DNA from: Azolla caroliniana
Lineage: Eukaryota > Plantae > Polypodiophyta
Assembly: GCA_043228905.1 (NCBI GenBank)
Contig: JBHGNT010000010.1
Coordinates: 14,198,001 to 14,262,000 of the forward strand
Length of the DNA: 64,000 bases
Reading direction: 5' to 3'
Below the pieces are notes generated by a model. That model was given only the letters and a program-made list of their open reading frames with translations. It searched no databases and was not told where the DNA came from. Below, in pieces: positions 36,871 through 49,300 of the stretch; the stretch's first letter is position 1, and each line of letters begins with the position of its first letter. The translations under genes and the position numbers were made by a program.

Positions 36871-38289
36871 TTAAAATTTAGAAGACACAAGTGAATGAGA
36901 AGGAAGTTTGGAACATTGAATAAAATGTTTACAATTATTAAGTTCAAATGTGATTGAGTGATTAACCCAATCAATGGACAAAGAAGGGTTTTTATTAAAA
37001 AACCAAGGATATCCTAAAATGACATCTGCGGATTGTAATTTCATAACATGAAAGTCAAGCTTCTCCAAATAAGTATCTATTTGAATTGGCAGTTGACAAA
37101 CAATGCCACTGATGTATTGAACGTTTCCATTTGCCATGTGAACTTGATAGATATGATCACTTGCGTTTATGTGGAGCTCCATTTGCTGCACAAAGTGATC
37201 ATTAAGAAAATTGTGAGAACTACCGGAATCAAACAAGAAATGTGCTTGTGTTCCATTGATATATCCGACTGCTCGGAGTAAATCATTAGGTCCAAGTAAA
37301 TGTGAAGGAAAAGTGCATTCACATAAACTTAAGTGATTGGTATGAACTTCAACAATATCAAAAGACTCACCTGTGTGACTCGTAGATTTGTCTTGAGGAG
37401 GGGTGTTCATTGACTTCCTCTCAAGACGACGACAGGTATCCTTTGTGTGGCCCCGCTTCTTGCAATATGCACAGAAGAGGTTCGGTTTCTTTGAGTCGCG
37501 GTCAAGAGTGTCACTGGATTGCTTACGTTTCCCAATGAACTTGACATTCGGAGTTTTGGCGAACTCAGGTTTATTGTGGTCTTTCTTGGAAGTCCTATGG
37601 TATCGCAGCACAATGTTGACGGCTTCCTCGAAAGTTGTGGGGTCCTTGTCATGGACAATCCAATGATAATCCCCATTGGGAATACCATTCAAAAAACAAG
37701 CGACAAACCATTTCTCACCCGTAAGTCCCGATTTTTGGATCTGGGTCCGAGCGTGATGCACATAATCCTCGAGAGAGGTAAATGGCTTACTAGACAATGT
37801 GAGCAAGTGTTGCGCTTGTTCGGTTTGAGAAGGTGGCTGCAAGAATTGTTTCTTAAAAACATCAATGAAACCTTCCCAAGTTGTGGGTAAGTTTTTTGCG
37901 GTCCTTAGGCCACGCCACCAAGCAGCAGCTCGGCCACCTAACTCACGACCGACATAACCAATTTTTACTGCATCGGGCTTGGGATGAAGCTCAAAGTGAG
38001 ACTCCCAACGACCAAGCCAAGTGCTAATGGCCTCCTCGGTTCTTTCTTTCTTATCTCCCTTGAAAGGCGTGACTACGAAGGAAGGTTCACCTTCTTTCTT
38101 GGACTCAATAGTTAATTCTTGGAATTTCTTTTCCAATGCCATATTGGCCTGTCTCATTTCGGCCAATTGATTCAAGGTAGTAGTGAGCAATTGCTCAATA
38201 GTGATCTCAGCTTGTGTGCGAGATGCGGATTGTGGTTGAGAGGTCTCATTTGGAGAGATCGTTCCAACTGCGTTCAAAACTTGATCCAT
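36871..38289 (-). CDS. gag: D gag-protease (472 aa)
   Basis: Retrotransposon gag core, CAYCKKRGHTKDTC knuckle, LFDSGSSHNF and ILGYPW. Confidence 0.92.
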   Translation of the reverse strand: MDQVLNAVGTISPNETSQPQSASRTQAEITIEQLLTTTLNQLAEMRQANMALEKKFQELTIESKKEGEPSFVVTPFKGDKKERTEEAISTWLGRWESHFELHPKPDAVKIGYVGRELGGRAAAWWRGLRTAKNLPTTWEGFIDVFKKQFLQPPSQTEQAQHLLTLSSKPFTSLEDYVHHARTQIQKSGLTGEKWFVACFLNGIPNGDYHWIVHDKDPTTFEEAVNIVLRYHRTSKKDHNKPEFAKTPNVKFIGKRKQSSDTLDRDSKKPNLFCAYCKKRGHTKDTCRRLERKSMNTPPQDKSTSHTGESFDIVEVHTNHLSLCECTFPSHLLGPNDLLRAVGYINGTQAHFLFDSGSSHNFLNDHFVQQMELHINASDHIYQVHMANGNVQYISGIVCQLPIQIDTYLEKLDFHVMKLQSADVILGYPWFFNKNPSLSIDWVNHSITFELNNCKHFIQCSKLPSHSLVSSKF

Positions 38290-39282
38290 GATGCACGCTG
38301 TGGGTATGCAATAAAATAAGGAGGTTCAGAAAATACACAAGCAAAATGAATGCTTGAAATTTTGATTGAAAGAACTTTATCCAAGAAAGTATCTCATGTC
38401 TTTACCCCTCTAGACATATGAGATGTGATTCGAGATCCGATAACTATGGTAACACTATGGTGTTTTAAAAACCATGGGGGAAAACATAGCTAAGATGTAT
38501 TTCTCGGATCTCCATCTTGAGTACTCATGGCGGCTCCCCGAGGCTCAACCATGGTTCTTACATCAATGAAATTTCCTAGATAGCCTTATATTAATGCCAA
38601 CCCATCATGTATTATATGGTCGAGAAAGTGTATTACGTGAAAAAACAAGTGCACTCACAAGTAATATTCTAGTCTTGCGAGCAATAAGCAAACGTGATGA
38701 TAAAATGATAAAATAAGGCACTACTCATAAGAGTTAAGTAGTGACGAAAACAAGGGTAAAAAAAAAAAGAACCCATGTGTTACCTACAAAAAAAACAATG
38801 TCACAAATAAATGGGAAGTGCAAGGTATGCACATATACATCCCAATATGATTGTTATAACTTGCACAATTGTGACATAAGCCACAAATTGATACAAGTGA
38901 TGACGGTGTTGTGCGCAAAGATGTAATACTCAAATCCATGAGTAAAACATCAATAAGGGAACTCATATGGTTTTACTCGTTTTCTAAGGCTTGATGATAA
39001 GAGTTAAACCTAGATGACCCGTTGAAAAAAAAAATCGTTCAACAAGCCACTCCATACGAAAAAATAGTCTACACGTAAAGGTTACATTAAAATAAACGAT
39101 GTAAATACTTTATACATGAAAAGGAAGTGGAAAAAGGAGAGTTAATTGTGGGCGGGTAAATAATAATTACTAGAAAATCATATAAGTGAAACAATACTTA
39201 TGAAATTAAAATTTAATTAGAATAATCAACAATTAGGTGTATGGAATCAAACATGCCCTAAGATACGAAACCCTAGGGTAGT

Positions 39283-39610
39283 TGACATGCACCTCCTCAA
39301 GACCACCACATATCCCTAGAATCGGCCAAGTAATGGCTAATTAAAGAGGAAAGTGGCATAGGTAAGTGACATATACCTCGTCAAGGCCACATCATCCCTT
39401 AGAATCGGCCAATTGATGGCTAATTAAAAAGGAAAGTGCCATATGTAAGCTACATATACCTTGTCAAGGCCACAACATCCCATAGAATCGGCCAATTGAT
39501 GGCTTAATAGAGAGTAGAGTGGCATAGGTAGGCAACATACACCTCGTCAAGGCCACATCATCCCTTAGAATCGGCCAAGTGATGGCTCAATAGAGGGGAA
39601 GAGTGGTATA
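39283..39610. repeat. 83-bp tandem repeat, 4 units, in the 5' leader of D
   Basis: AGAATCGGCC recurs at 39318, 39401, 39484 and 39567. Confidence 0.9.
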
Positions 39611-40517
39611 CTCAACATCATATGCAAAACGGCCATGAGATAAGAGTGTGCGATTAGAGCAAACACGCTCGACCCAATGCACAAGAATAATTATTATCGT
39701 AAGAGTTCAAGAGAGGAGAGAGTGGGATATATATCGCAATATGCAAAAGGCCATGAGTTGAGCGTGTGCGATTAGTGCAAACACGCTCGGCCCGATGCAT
39801 AATAATAAGTAAAATCGTAGCGTAGTAGGAGGTAGAAAGAAAGAGAATAAAACGTAATACCAATTTGATTCGACCATAAAGAACGCATAATAGAAAAAGA
39901 GAAGAGATCAAAAAAGAAGAATACCGGGTTTAGAGTGTTGTTTTGATCCTGAGAAGAGCATGACGAGCCTTGTTAGATCCCCCTCGCTCACACGCAAAAA
40001 ACATCAAAACAACAAAAAAATTGTTAGTAAAAGCTCTGATACCACTGTTAAGAGTCTATTACTAATCAATAGACCAAATCAAGTAAAAAGGAAGAAAATA
40101 GATTGGATAGAAGAACCCGTTCCACCCGACCACCCCCGAGCTATGATCTAGACATAGCCAACCTACCACCGACGTCCCATACCGCCGGATATTAGGATGA
40201 CTAATACCTTGGAAGAGATAAACACGATTGTCGAGACGAAAGCCTAGCCCGCACCACCGGTGTCTTCGACAGCAGCCTTTCGACGTGATTCCCTATGAGG
40301 GTAGCTAAGCCTCATATTTATACCTTTTCCTAGGCCCCTTGAATAGATGTGCCTTTCTAAAAGGCTCTCTATTGATTGGTTGTCTAAATCATGATAGTGC
40401 ATGCACATATCATTCATTCTATCCAATCATTAGTCCCCTTTTTAATAATAGTGAACATACCCTTCACTAATGTAAATATTAGTGACCTACCCTCACCAAC
40501 GTTATGTGTACATAACA

Positions 40518-41653
40518 CTCAGTACCTTGTTCATTGCATTCACCATGTGGGCCACCGAGTTGGTCCCTCCTTGCGGCAGGGTACACATTCGCACTAGGCC
40601 GAGGGGAGTTCGCATCGTCGTAATGTCCCTGCTCTCCACGGCCAGCTGGAACTGGTCGTACCCCGAGTACAGATCACCGACCGAGTAAATCGACCTTCCG
40701 GCGAAGGCCTCCGCGAACTCGTCTATGGTCGGTCTGATTCCCGCGTTCCGAATGGTCACTTTGTTGACCGGCTGCAGGTCTTGAATGAAGCGCATCAGTC
40801 CGTTTTTCTTTGGTACGGTAAACCATCGGTTCGAGTATGGGGCAGTTGACGGTTCGAGAATGCCCATATCTACTTTCTGCTTCAATAGCTCCATCAACTT
40901 CGGGATGTGAGCTCTCAGTACCGGAATCGGCTTGAGATTCCGCGGCACATGCGGTACTGTGAATATCACCATCGGCTCCACGATCGTCGGGTCTACGCAC
41001 CCGATCTCTTCCGGTGAGAATGCGAAGGCTTTCCCGTGCCTTCCGAGCATTCTACGAAACCGATCTTCCTCCGCCGGTAGTAGGAACCCGCCCCCACCGA
41101 TCTTGAGCTCCCGGAGCGTCCCGTCGGTGAAGGTGTGTCCTATGCAGGCCGGATCTCGTAAACTGGGGTCCGACGCCACCCCTCTGATTCGGGACTCGCT
41201 GCCCTCCGGTAAGGGTGCCGCGACCGGCCTTACCTTCCGCTCCACAGTCTTGTACTTCGTGCTAACTCGGGCTATCCGATCCGACTTGAGCCCCTGACTG
41301 AAGTCCGCGATGACTTCATACATCTTTTCGGAACATACCGGTATCGTCCGGTCTTCGTTAAGGTCTTCTCCGGCTATCTTCCGCAGCATCCCCAAGGTGT
41401 CGTCGAAGGAGACCGCCTCCACGGCTCCGCTGATTTCCTCGTCTGGGCCGAGAACTCCGCACGCTCGAAGTCGCTCCTCCGCCCTTGCCCTTTCTCGGCC
41501 AACGATGCCGACTATCATACATCCTCCGTCGTCGGAGAAGCAAAATTTCCTGCCTATCGCACAAAGTTTCTTCGGTTTCGGTTCTATCTTATAGTCGTGG
41601 GGTCTTTCCCGAGTGTCCAGGCTGTCTCAGCCCCACGCCTTGGCAGCCCTTTC
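40518..41653 (-). CDS. pol: C1 pol N-terminal part (RT), in the -1 frame relative to gag-PR, with one internal TGA
   Basis: YSNRWFTVPKKNG, FIQDLQPVN, DLYSGYDQ and LPQGGTNS. It joins 33407 across TSD CTCAG. Confidence 0.9.
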
Positions 41654-41662
41654 TAAAAATCC
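41596..41662 (-). promoter_or_regulatory. Putative programmed -1 ribosomal frameshift signal (G GAU UUU, 7-nt spacer, H-type pseudoknot)
   Basis: The heptamer sits in the correct phase directly before the gag-PR stop. Stems GGCUGCC/GACAGCC and CGUGGGG/CCCCACG are conserved in C0 at 28937-29002. Confidence 0.75.
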
Positions 41663-43806
41663 TCCGGATTCTCGCCACCGAGGGACTCGCGGTTTCGCTC
41701 GTGGTTCGGCCGCACCGTCAGAAATTGGACCGAATGGCGCCCGTCCTGGCTTTTGACCCTCGCGTAGGCCGAACCGTTGTCCAGCACCTTGGTCTCCATT
41801 CGCACCGCCGTGATGTATGATTCCCCTAATATGACCGGGTGCGAGGACGTCTCCTGTATGAAGAAGTGCTGGTCAATCTCGACGTCGCCGATCTTGACTC
41901 GCACGTTCGGGCAGGCCCCATGCAGTTCCTCAGTGGCGCGCGTCGCCACCCGTATCTTCCACCCGTGCTTGGTGTTGATCGGCCACTTCCCCTTCTTATA
42001 AAAGTCCATGGACATCAGGTTTATTTCCGAACCGTGGTCCACCAGGGCCACCACCGGTTCCTGAGCCTCTCCGATCTTTACCGGGGTCTCCATGGTTGCT
42101 CGGGCCCAGTGCGGCCTCGAATAGTGGCTCTCCGCCCACTCGTCTTCCATCGCCATGTCGTCGATGTGCGTCGTCCGCACCTCCACCGGCCTTTCCGGTT
42201 CCGTCTCCGTCGACAGCCTCTTCCGTTTCACCAAGTCTACAATGGAGTCGTGGAACTCCTTCTTGGTGATCCCTAGCACCTCTCGCAATGACAGCTCCAC
42301 TTTGCTGTTGAGGATCCGTTCCTCTAGGACCTTTCGTAGGTCCGTAGTCCTTTCTATTTCCGTCCCCAGTCGGTATCCACCCTTCCTGGGGTTATCTTGC
42401 GAGCTGGACCCGCCGGCATCGTTCCGTCGTTGCCCGAATCGGGTCTCGTACCGTTGTGAGGTCCTGGCCGCTCTGGCTTTCCCCACTCGCTTGTCTTCTA
42501 CCAGAGCCTCGTAGTTCCGGCAGGCGGCTTCTACGAAGCCCGTCTTCTCCTCCACCGGATCGCTCCACCCGGTTATTTCCCGGACCCGTCTCTCAGCACG
42601 GTCCGTTTCGTCTTTCCTTAGCCGTGCGCTGGCAAGACCTTCCAGCATTGCCGACTAGAACCCGTCTTTGCCCTCCTTTCGGGCCTCGTTGCCCCCGACC
42701 CGAATGCCGGCCGACGCCGAGTAGTGGATGGCCTCCACGTGTCGGGATGCTGCCTCTTCCATCAGTCTCTTCATTCCTCCTCGCCCGTCATTTCGGTTCA
42801 GGGCCCTCCTGGTGTCGCCGGCGTGCACCCGGCCTTCCCACAGGTACACCACCCGGTTCCTCAACGCTTCTGCGAAATCGCCGCAGTCCTTCCGGATGTG
42901 GCCGACCTCGTCGCACCACATGCACCTGTTCCCTGCTGCCGGCCGTCGGTCACGAGCCGGTTCGCCGCCTTCCCTTCGAGTCTGGGCGATCTGGAGATCC
43001 TTTATCGCCCACATCAACTCCTCCGGCGCTGCTCCTCCGGACGAGCCATTGACCATGCCGGTCGAAGCCGGACCGGTTTCGAGCCATTCCCGGGTTTCTT
43101 CCCTTCGCACTTGCGGTGCCGGTTCAAGCCTCCTTGCTGTGACAGAGCCCGCACCGGCCGCCCCGTTGTCAGCCCATTCTCGCCGTTTGTCGAAACGGCC
43201 ACAGACTCTCTTAACCGTAGCCCAGTCGGTTGTCAGCCCGTCTTCGGTTTCCAGCAACGAGCCGACTTGATCCCGGTCCCGCTCGTCCACCGACTTGACG
43301 AACAGTAGGACCTGGCTCGTATCCAGAACGGTTCGGTCAAGCACCGAAAGGCGCGCAAAGCGTTCTTCGAACTTCCGGAGGAGTGCCGACGTGTTCCTTC
43401 CCTTGCCGGGGGACTCCACCCATTCCATGAAGTCTCGTTTCGAAAGCCGGAGCACGTCGTCCAACCCGTATTTTTCCAGGAGTCGGCCTTCGAACTCCTC
43501 CCAGGTACGGCTCTCCGCCCGCACCTCGAGCACCTCCGCATGGATGCTCGGCATCGCCACTCGAGGAAACCCGGCAAGACGCCTCTCTTCCGGAATGTCC
43601 CGCATCAGCATTTCTGCCCCGTAGGACGCCAAATACTTCGTGGCATCCTTTCCACTGAACCGGCCGATCGTACCGACGACTGCCTCAATGGCTCTGTCGA
43701 GGGTGTCGGAGCCCTCGCGTGCGCTCAATATCCGATCCACGGCCGAAGCCATGGCCTCCGCAAGATCCGACCCTTTCATCTTCTGCTCTTCTGCCGCCTC
43801 CTTCAC
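41653..43806 (-). CDS. gag: C1 gag-protease, with one in-frame TAG at 42655
   Basis: CMWCDEVGHIRKDC knuckle and protease LVDHGSEINLM..ILG. The two ORFs are in the same frame. Confidence 0.88.
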
Positions 43807-43819
43807 GTCGGGTTCACCA
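43802..43819 (-). promoter_or_regulatory. tRNA-Trp primer binding site
   Basis: TGGTGAACCCGACGTGAA, 3 nt from the LTR, is complementary to the plant tRNA-Trp 3' end TTCACGTCGGGTTCACCA (recalled sequence). Confidence 0.88.
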
Positions 43820-43822
43820 AGA

Positions 43823-44459
43823 TGTCGAGGTATTCCTCGCGGATGCGTGGAATGAGGCGGGACCTCGGGGGTCCTGTACCGAAGAGCAAGAGAGAAAGGA
43901 AAAGAGACCCACTAGGTGCGAGCGTAGATTCACAGGGACACGGCCCTTCGACACAAAGACGCGAGTGGGACAGCGACACGGAGAGACACGAATGTATGTA
44001 TGTATTAACAAACACAACAACAAGAACACGAAAGCAACAAAACACGAAGTCGGTTACAACCGAACAAGCCGGCGAACAGATGCCGATGCCTGTTCGTAAA
44101 CGTACAGAAAGAAAGGAGCAGGTTGGAGGTGCTGCCGGAAGCACTCGGGCATTCCTCAGAGCAGCGCGAGCCTCCCGAAACCTGCACAGAAAGAAGCTAT
44201 GGAGTTTGCGAGCCAGAGAGAGAGAGAAGCCTTCGCCCACAAACCGACAACACTTCGTCCTCGACTCTCCGCGATCCCTTCCTCCTCCTCGTCTCCCTCC
44301 TCTTATAGGCAAAAAGGGAGCCGTTTCCTATTAACTCCCTACCTACCGAATCTGCCTGCCTAGGATCTCCTATGTACAACATAAGGCGCACGTGCATGAA
44401 GAGCCGGTTCCTACGCTCTGGTGCACCGATTCCGCTTGTGGACGGTTTTCTTCACGACA
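43823..44459 (-). repeat. 5' LTR of C1
   Basis: TGTCGTGAAG..CTCGACA on the minus strand. Confidence 0.95.
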
Positions 44460-45506
44460 ACGCGGAGTTGGTCCGGAGGTTAAAAGAGGTGCTAGCCGCA
44501 GCACCGGCCCTCTGGAAAGTGGTTTATGGAAAGGGGCTCCTGGTTTATGTGACTATGGACACGAGCTTGATCGGGATCGGATGGGTGGTCAATCAGGAGG
44601 ATGAGAACGGTGCGAGGTTCCCAATCCGGTTTGGAGGGAACGTATTGAGTGGGCAGCAACAAGGATACACCTAGGTTAAACACGAACTCTGGGGTATCGT
44701 TTCGGGAGTCAAGGTCGACAAAGACTATCTGATCGGAACAAAGGTAATAATCAAGACGGAGTGCCTACCTATCCTAGGTATGGTTTCCGAATGCGCGACT
44801 CCAGACCTAGCTATGCTCAGGTGGATCGTGTACATCAAGTCCCTGAATCTGGAGATACGGCACATCTCTCGGAAAGACAACGCCATGGCCGATATGCTTT
44901 CGAGAGCATGGTTCAACGAAGAGGACGGCATGGTTTCCGAAGACGAAGAAGTCAACGTAGACTTCTTCGAGTCGGCTCACATAGCGCGAGAAGAGTTGTT
45001 GACAGCGCAGATTCGATAGCTTGAGCGGAGGCCGGAGGAGGTGGAACGGGCAAAGGGTAAGTTGTATGTGGAAAAGGAGAAGAACAAAGGCCGGTTCGAC
45101 TGGACGCACCGGCTGAAACCGAAGAAGATCGAGGAAGGCGACTGGGTTTTGGTTTACGATAGCAGCCTCGACAAACAAGAAAGGCAACGCGTAAGTTTGC
45201 GAGGAGGTGGTTCGGGCCTTATGTGGTGACTAGCATGAACGACAACGCCACCTACCACCTCGCGGAGCTCGACGGGACGCCGATAACAGTACCGGTTGCA
45301 GGAAAGCCGAACAAGGCATTCAAGAAACGGCACGAGGACAAGCTAGATCCGGGGTGCGCGGAAGAAAGCAACAACCTAGGCGGAACGGACGAGGACGGGG
45401 AGCACGACGGATTAGAGAGTGACGGTTGAGGGCGGGCCAGTTTCCCTCGATTTCTCGCTCTCCCTCTTGACACATACCGGTGGATGTGCGGTTTGGTGGG
45501 GGTGGA

Positions 45507-46202
45507 TGTCATGAAGAAAACTGGCTACAAGCGGAAATGAAGACCTGAGCGCGTGAACCACAACATACACGGATGCACACAGTTGTAAATTATTTGTAGA
45601 TCGTGTAAGAATAGGTTGATGTAATGTGGAAAGACTTTGATATAGACACATTAAATAGATTAACAAATCCAAACGAATCTCTGTCCGAAGCGACAGAGAA
45701 TAAAGATGATGTAATTACAGGATGTGATAGGTCCTCCCTCGGGGACCTATAAAGGCCGGGAGAGAGGGCTGAGAGGGGGGTATCGCGTTTTGGGGAGAAC
45801 AGAGTGTTGTCCGACTGGGGACCGAGCGCTCGTTCTATATCAGTCTTCTCTACATGAGTTCTTTTGCCACTGTTCGTGTGGGAAGCTCAGGTGCTCCCAA
45901 CAACGGCTCCACATTGTATCTCGTCTTTGGTGTGTGCGTGTGTGTTCTCGACAGAGTATTAGCTCAGTTATCGGCGAGCCGGTTGTAATCCATTCTTAAC
46001 CGATTGAGGGTTTCTTTCTCTTCTAATTGACTCGTCTTTGCGATCTGATCTCGACCGAGCCAATCAAGCTCTGTGCTTGCCAACATTCAACGCTTGCCTG
46101 ACACACGCTCTTTGTTTCACTTTTCCCCTTTTCTCACACTCCTCGGTCTAGGACCCTACAGTCACACCTTCGTTCCTTACACGGACGTGTAATTACGCGA
46201 CA
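45507..46202 (+). repeat. 3' LTR of C0
   Basis: Follows GGTGGGGGTGGA, has TGTCATG..CGCGACA termini and CTATAAA at about 45747, and is followed by TSD ACGT. Confidence 0.85.
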
Positions 46203-46381
46203 ACGTAATATCAACATCCGCCGAATGTAGTTGTTTGAGCGAGTCCCCATACATAAGAATGAATTACATCTAGTAGGCCTTTGCTTGTGTTCCTCTGTTT
46301 TGGGAACGGGTGCCGGTGTTTCTTGCCGAATTGACAAGCTTCCCATACACTGTCAATCTCTTTCTCTTTGAATGTAGGAAG

Positions 46382-49300
46382 TGTTAGGATTTCGGTCCCT
46401 CCGGATGGGATATGAGTACCCGGCAAGGAAAGCCTGGTGAGAACTGGATGATGAGTACCCGGCAAGGAAGACCCGCTGAGAACTGGATGATGTAGGCCCG
46501 ATGAGAACCTTCATTGGATGAAGGGACATATATGTAAATATTTTTCTGAGAGCCCATTGGGGCTATATTTGTAAATAGTCCTAAAGTCATATTAGTATAA
46601 ATACGACCTAGGGCAAACAGTGCGTGTATCACTATGTTGTCATTATTTTGTATAGAGTTATTGGTACAACTATTGTACAAAGCATAACAGAGGAAAAGAG
46701 AGAGAGAGAGGGAGAGAGAGACAGAGTGAGTCTCTGTTGTAACTACCACCAGGCGAAGATTGAGAGCAAGAGGTCATGGCCTTTGTGTTCATCTGTTGTA
46801 TTCCTCTCTACATAGTGATAGTTGGAATTTGTGAACTCCCGTGGTTTTTCCCATTTAGGGTTTTCCACGTTAACATCCTATGCATTCTCTTCTGTCTGTG
46901 TACTTACTTCCATTTCTTATCTTTCTGTGTTTGATTATCATTGAAGTGATCTAAGTCTCAGTTGTTGCCGAAGATTATTCCGCACAATTCCTGTCAATCT
47001 AGTATCAGAGCAAAACGACATAGAAAAAATGGAAGATTCGTTGGGAGGCATGTTCAAGCTCACCAGCTCCAACTACTAAGTGTGGAAGTCGAAGATGAGG
47101 GACATGCTCGTGGTTAAAGATCTTTGGTTGCTAGTTCAATTCGGGGACAAGAGACCAGACAAGATCGATGCCACGACATGGGAGGTGATGCACATGAAGA
47201 CAACAGCTTACATCCGGTGCTTCATCGACATGAGCATGTACAACAACTTTAATGAGGAGAGTAAGGCTCATGAGCTCTGGGAGAAGATCGGCATTATGTT
47301 TCAGAACAAAAATGTTGTTAATCGGGTTTCGATATTACGGTATTTCGGAAGCTAGTTAGGCTCTGATACCAAGACGGCTCGAGTATGGCGGAGCACATGA
47401 ATGCCTTCCAGGGGCGGATTCACCAGGCAACCTCATTGGAAGTACCTCTCGCCGATGAGGTACTTGCTCTAGTCCAGCACGGTTCCCTCCCGGATAGCTA
47501 GGAGACGTTAGTTGTCACTTTGGGCAACACCGGGCTGGAAGGAAAACAATTATCCCTAGCAAAAGTCAAGTCGAGCTTGCTAGATGATGAGGCACGTCAG
47601 AAAGACAAGGATACAAGCTCCAACTCCAAAGCGCTCCTTACCGAATCGGAACGCGGAAGACAAAGGAATCGGAGTCCCCAAAACCGGGAAAAGTCGGGGA
47701 CACGGTCAAAGTCAAGGGGGAGGCCCACTTGCTTCTATTGCGGCAAGCCGGGGCACTTCCAGAAGAATTTCCGGCATTTCCGAAAAGAAAAGGAAACTGA
47801 CACTACCGATTCGAAGCAGTCATTGGACTGGAATGGTAAAGACCGGAGGGGACCGGATCGGAAGGGAATGACGGCAATCGCGACAAGTGAAGAGGAGTTG
47901 ATGCTCATCACCGCGGAGAGTGAGTTGAACCTTGCCATCGACGAGACAACGTGGGTTGTCAATTCCAGAGCGTCGTTCCACCTGACCCCGGACCGGAAAT
48001 GCTTCTCATCCTACACAGCCGATGAGCACGGTTGTGTCCGTATGGGGAATGAAGGTACATGCCGAATCGTCGGCATAGGAGACGTGTGGCTGACAACACC
48101 AATCGGATGCAAGTTGCTGTTGAAGGATGTCCAACACGTTTCAGAGGTTTGACTGAACCTAATATCAGCCGGTAGGCTAGACGATGAAGGCTACACTGAT
48201 AGCATCTGGAACGAAGTCATGAAGTTCAGCAAAGGGAGCCTAATAGTGGCTAGGGCTCGGAAAGTCAACACATTGTACCTGATGAATGCCTCGTTATGCC
48301 GGGAAGAAGTGAACGTTGCATCTAACACTGCCGGTGAGTTGTGGCACAAGAGACTATGTCACATAAGCGAGAAGGGGATGAAGAGGCTTGCCAATGACAA
48401 CCTCATTCCGGTGAAAGACGTGCACCTTGAGAGGTGCACCGACTGCTTGGCCGGTAAGCAAAACCGGACCTCCTTCCGCTCAAGGCCACCGATGAGACAT
48501 AATGTACCACTAGAGCTGGTGCATACCGATGTGTGTCAAGTGGACACGAAGTCACATGTCAGAGTGCAGTACTTCGTGACGTTCATAGATGACCATTGCC
48601 GGAAGCTGTGGGCCACACCGTTGAAGAAGAAGGATCAGGTATTATCCGTCTTCAAGGAGCTCCACGCAAGAGGGGAAAGAGAAACCTGCCGAATGCTGAA
48701 GGTGGTTCGAGTATCGGAGGAGAATACCGGGGGCAGTTCGAGGAGTATTGTCGCTCGAAGGGAATCTGGCTCGAATTTACCGTGACGAAGACGCCGGAAC
48801 TAAACGAGCTAGCTGAGAGGATGAACCAGACCATAATGGCGAGGGTCTGGAGTATGCTGGCACATGCAAGGTTACCCAAGAAGTTTTGGGCTGAGGCACT
48901 GGCAATAGCAACGTACGTGATAAATAGATCACCCTCAGTGCCCTTGGATGGAGACACGCTGCCAGAGAGTGTGGACCGGTAAGGAAGTGTCTTAGCGGCA
49001 TCTGAAGGTGTTCGGTTGTCTCACATACGTGCATGGTGCAAAGGACCGGAAAGCTAAGTTGGATCCAAAGTCCCGGCCTTGCATATTCCTCGGATACGGC
49101 GATGATGAGTTCGGCCACCGAGTGTGGGATCCAGTCGATAAGAAGGTTTTCTGGAGTCGAGATATTATCTTCATGGAGGACAAGACCCTTGCCGATTGGG
49201 AGTCAGAGAAGAAGATAATGAACTCCGAGTCGACCGGTAAGGATCGGTTCGATGAGATTCGGACCTACCCAGCTAAGAGTCGGTTGACACTTGAAGAATA

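Larger units (their letters stand above)
33408..40517 (-). mobile_element. Full-length young chromovirus D (Reina/Tekay-type)
   Basis: 472-bp LTRs (33408-33879 and 40046-40517) with about 3 differences, TSD CTCAG, Met-i PBS at 40033-40044 and PPT at 33880-33893. Confidence 0.96.
30334..44459 (-). mobile_element. Full-length Gypsy family C copy C1 (Phygy/Ylt1-like)
   Basis: 637-bp LTRs with about 12 differences, 4-bp TSD ACGC, tRNA-Trp PBS, and gag, PR, RT-RH-INT without a chromodomain. Confidence 0.95.
28171..46202 (+). mobile_element. Gypsy family C copy C0 (degenerate, internally deleted)
   Basis: Starts TGTCGTGAGGAAAACTGGC, matching the start of the 3' LTR (45507-46202, ending CGACA). 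4-bp TSD ACGT. PR, RT, RH and INT remnants are present. Confidence 0.88.

Noticed and set aside
36865-36885. Programmed frameshift between PR and RT in element D
   Set aside because: AAATTTT is in the wrong phase for tandem slippage and no second copy supports it. A 1-nt loss in the T run (mutation or sequencing error) is more likely.
42655-42657. Stop-codon readthrough in C1 gag
   Set aside because: TTCTAG fits CTGG>CTAG decay seen throughout the window, and there is no recognisable readthrough context.
43540-44334. ORFs overlapping the C1 LTRs and other short six-frame ORFs as host genes
   Set aside because: They lie within LTRs or antisense to GC-rich TE coding regions and show no recognisable domains.
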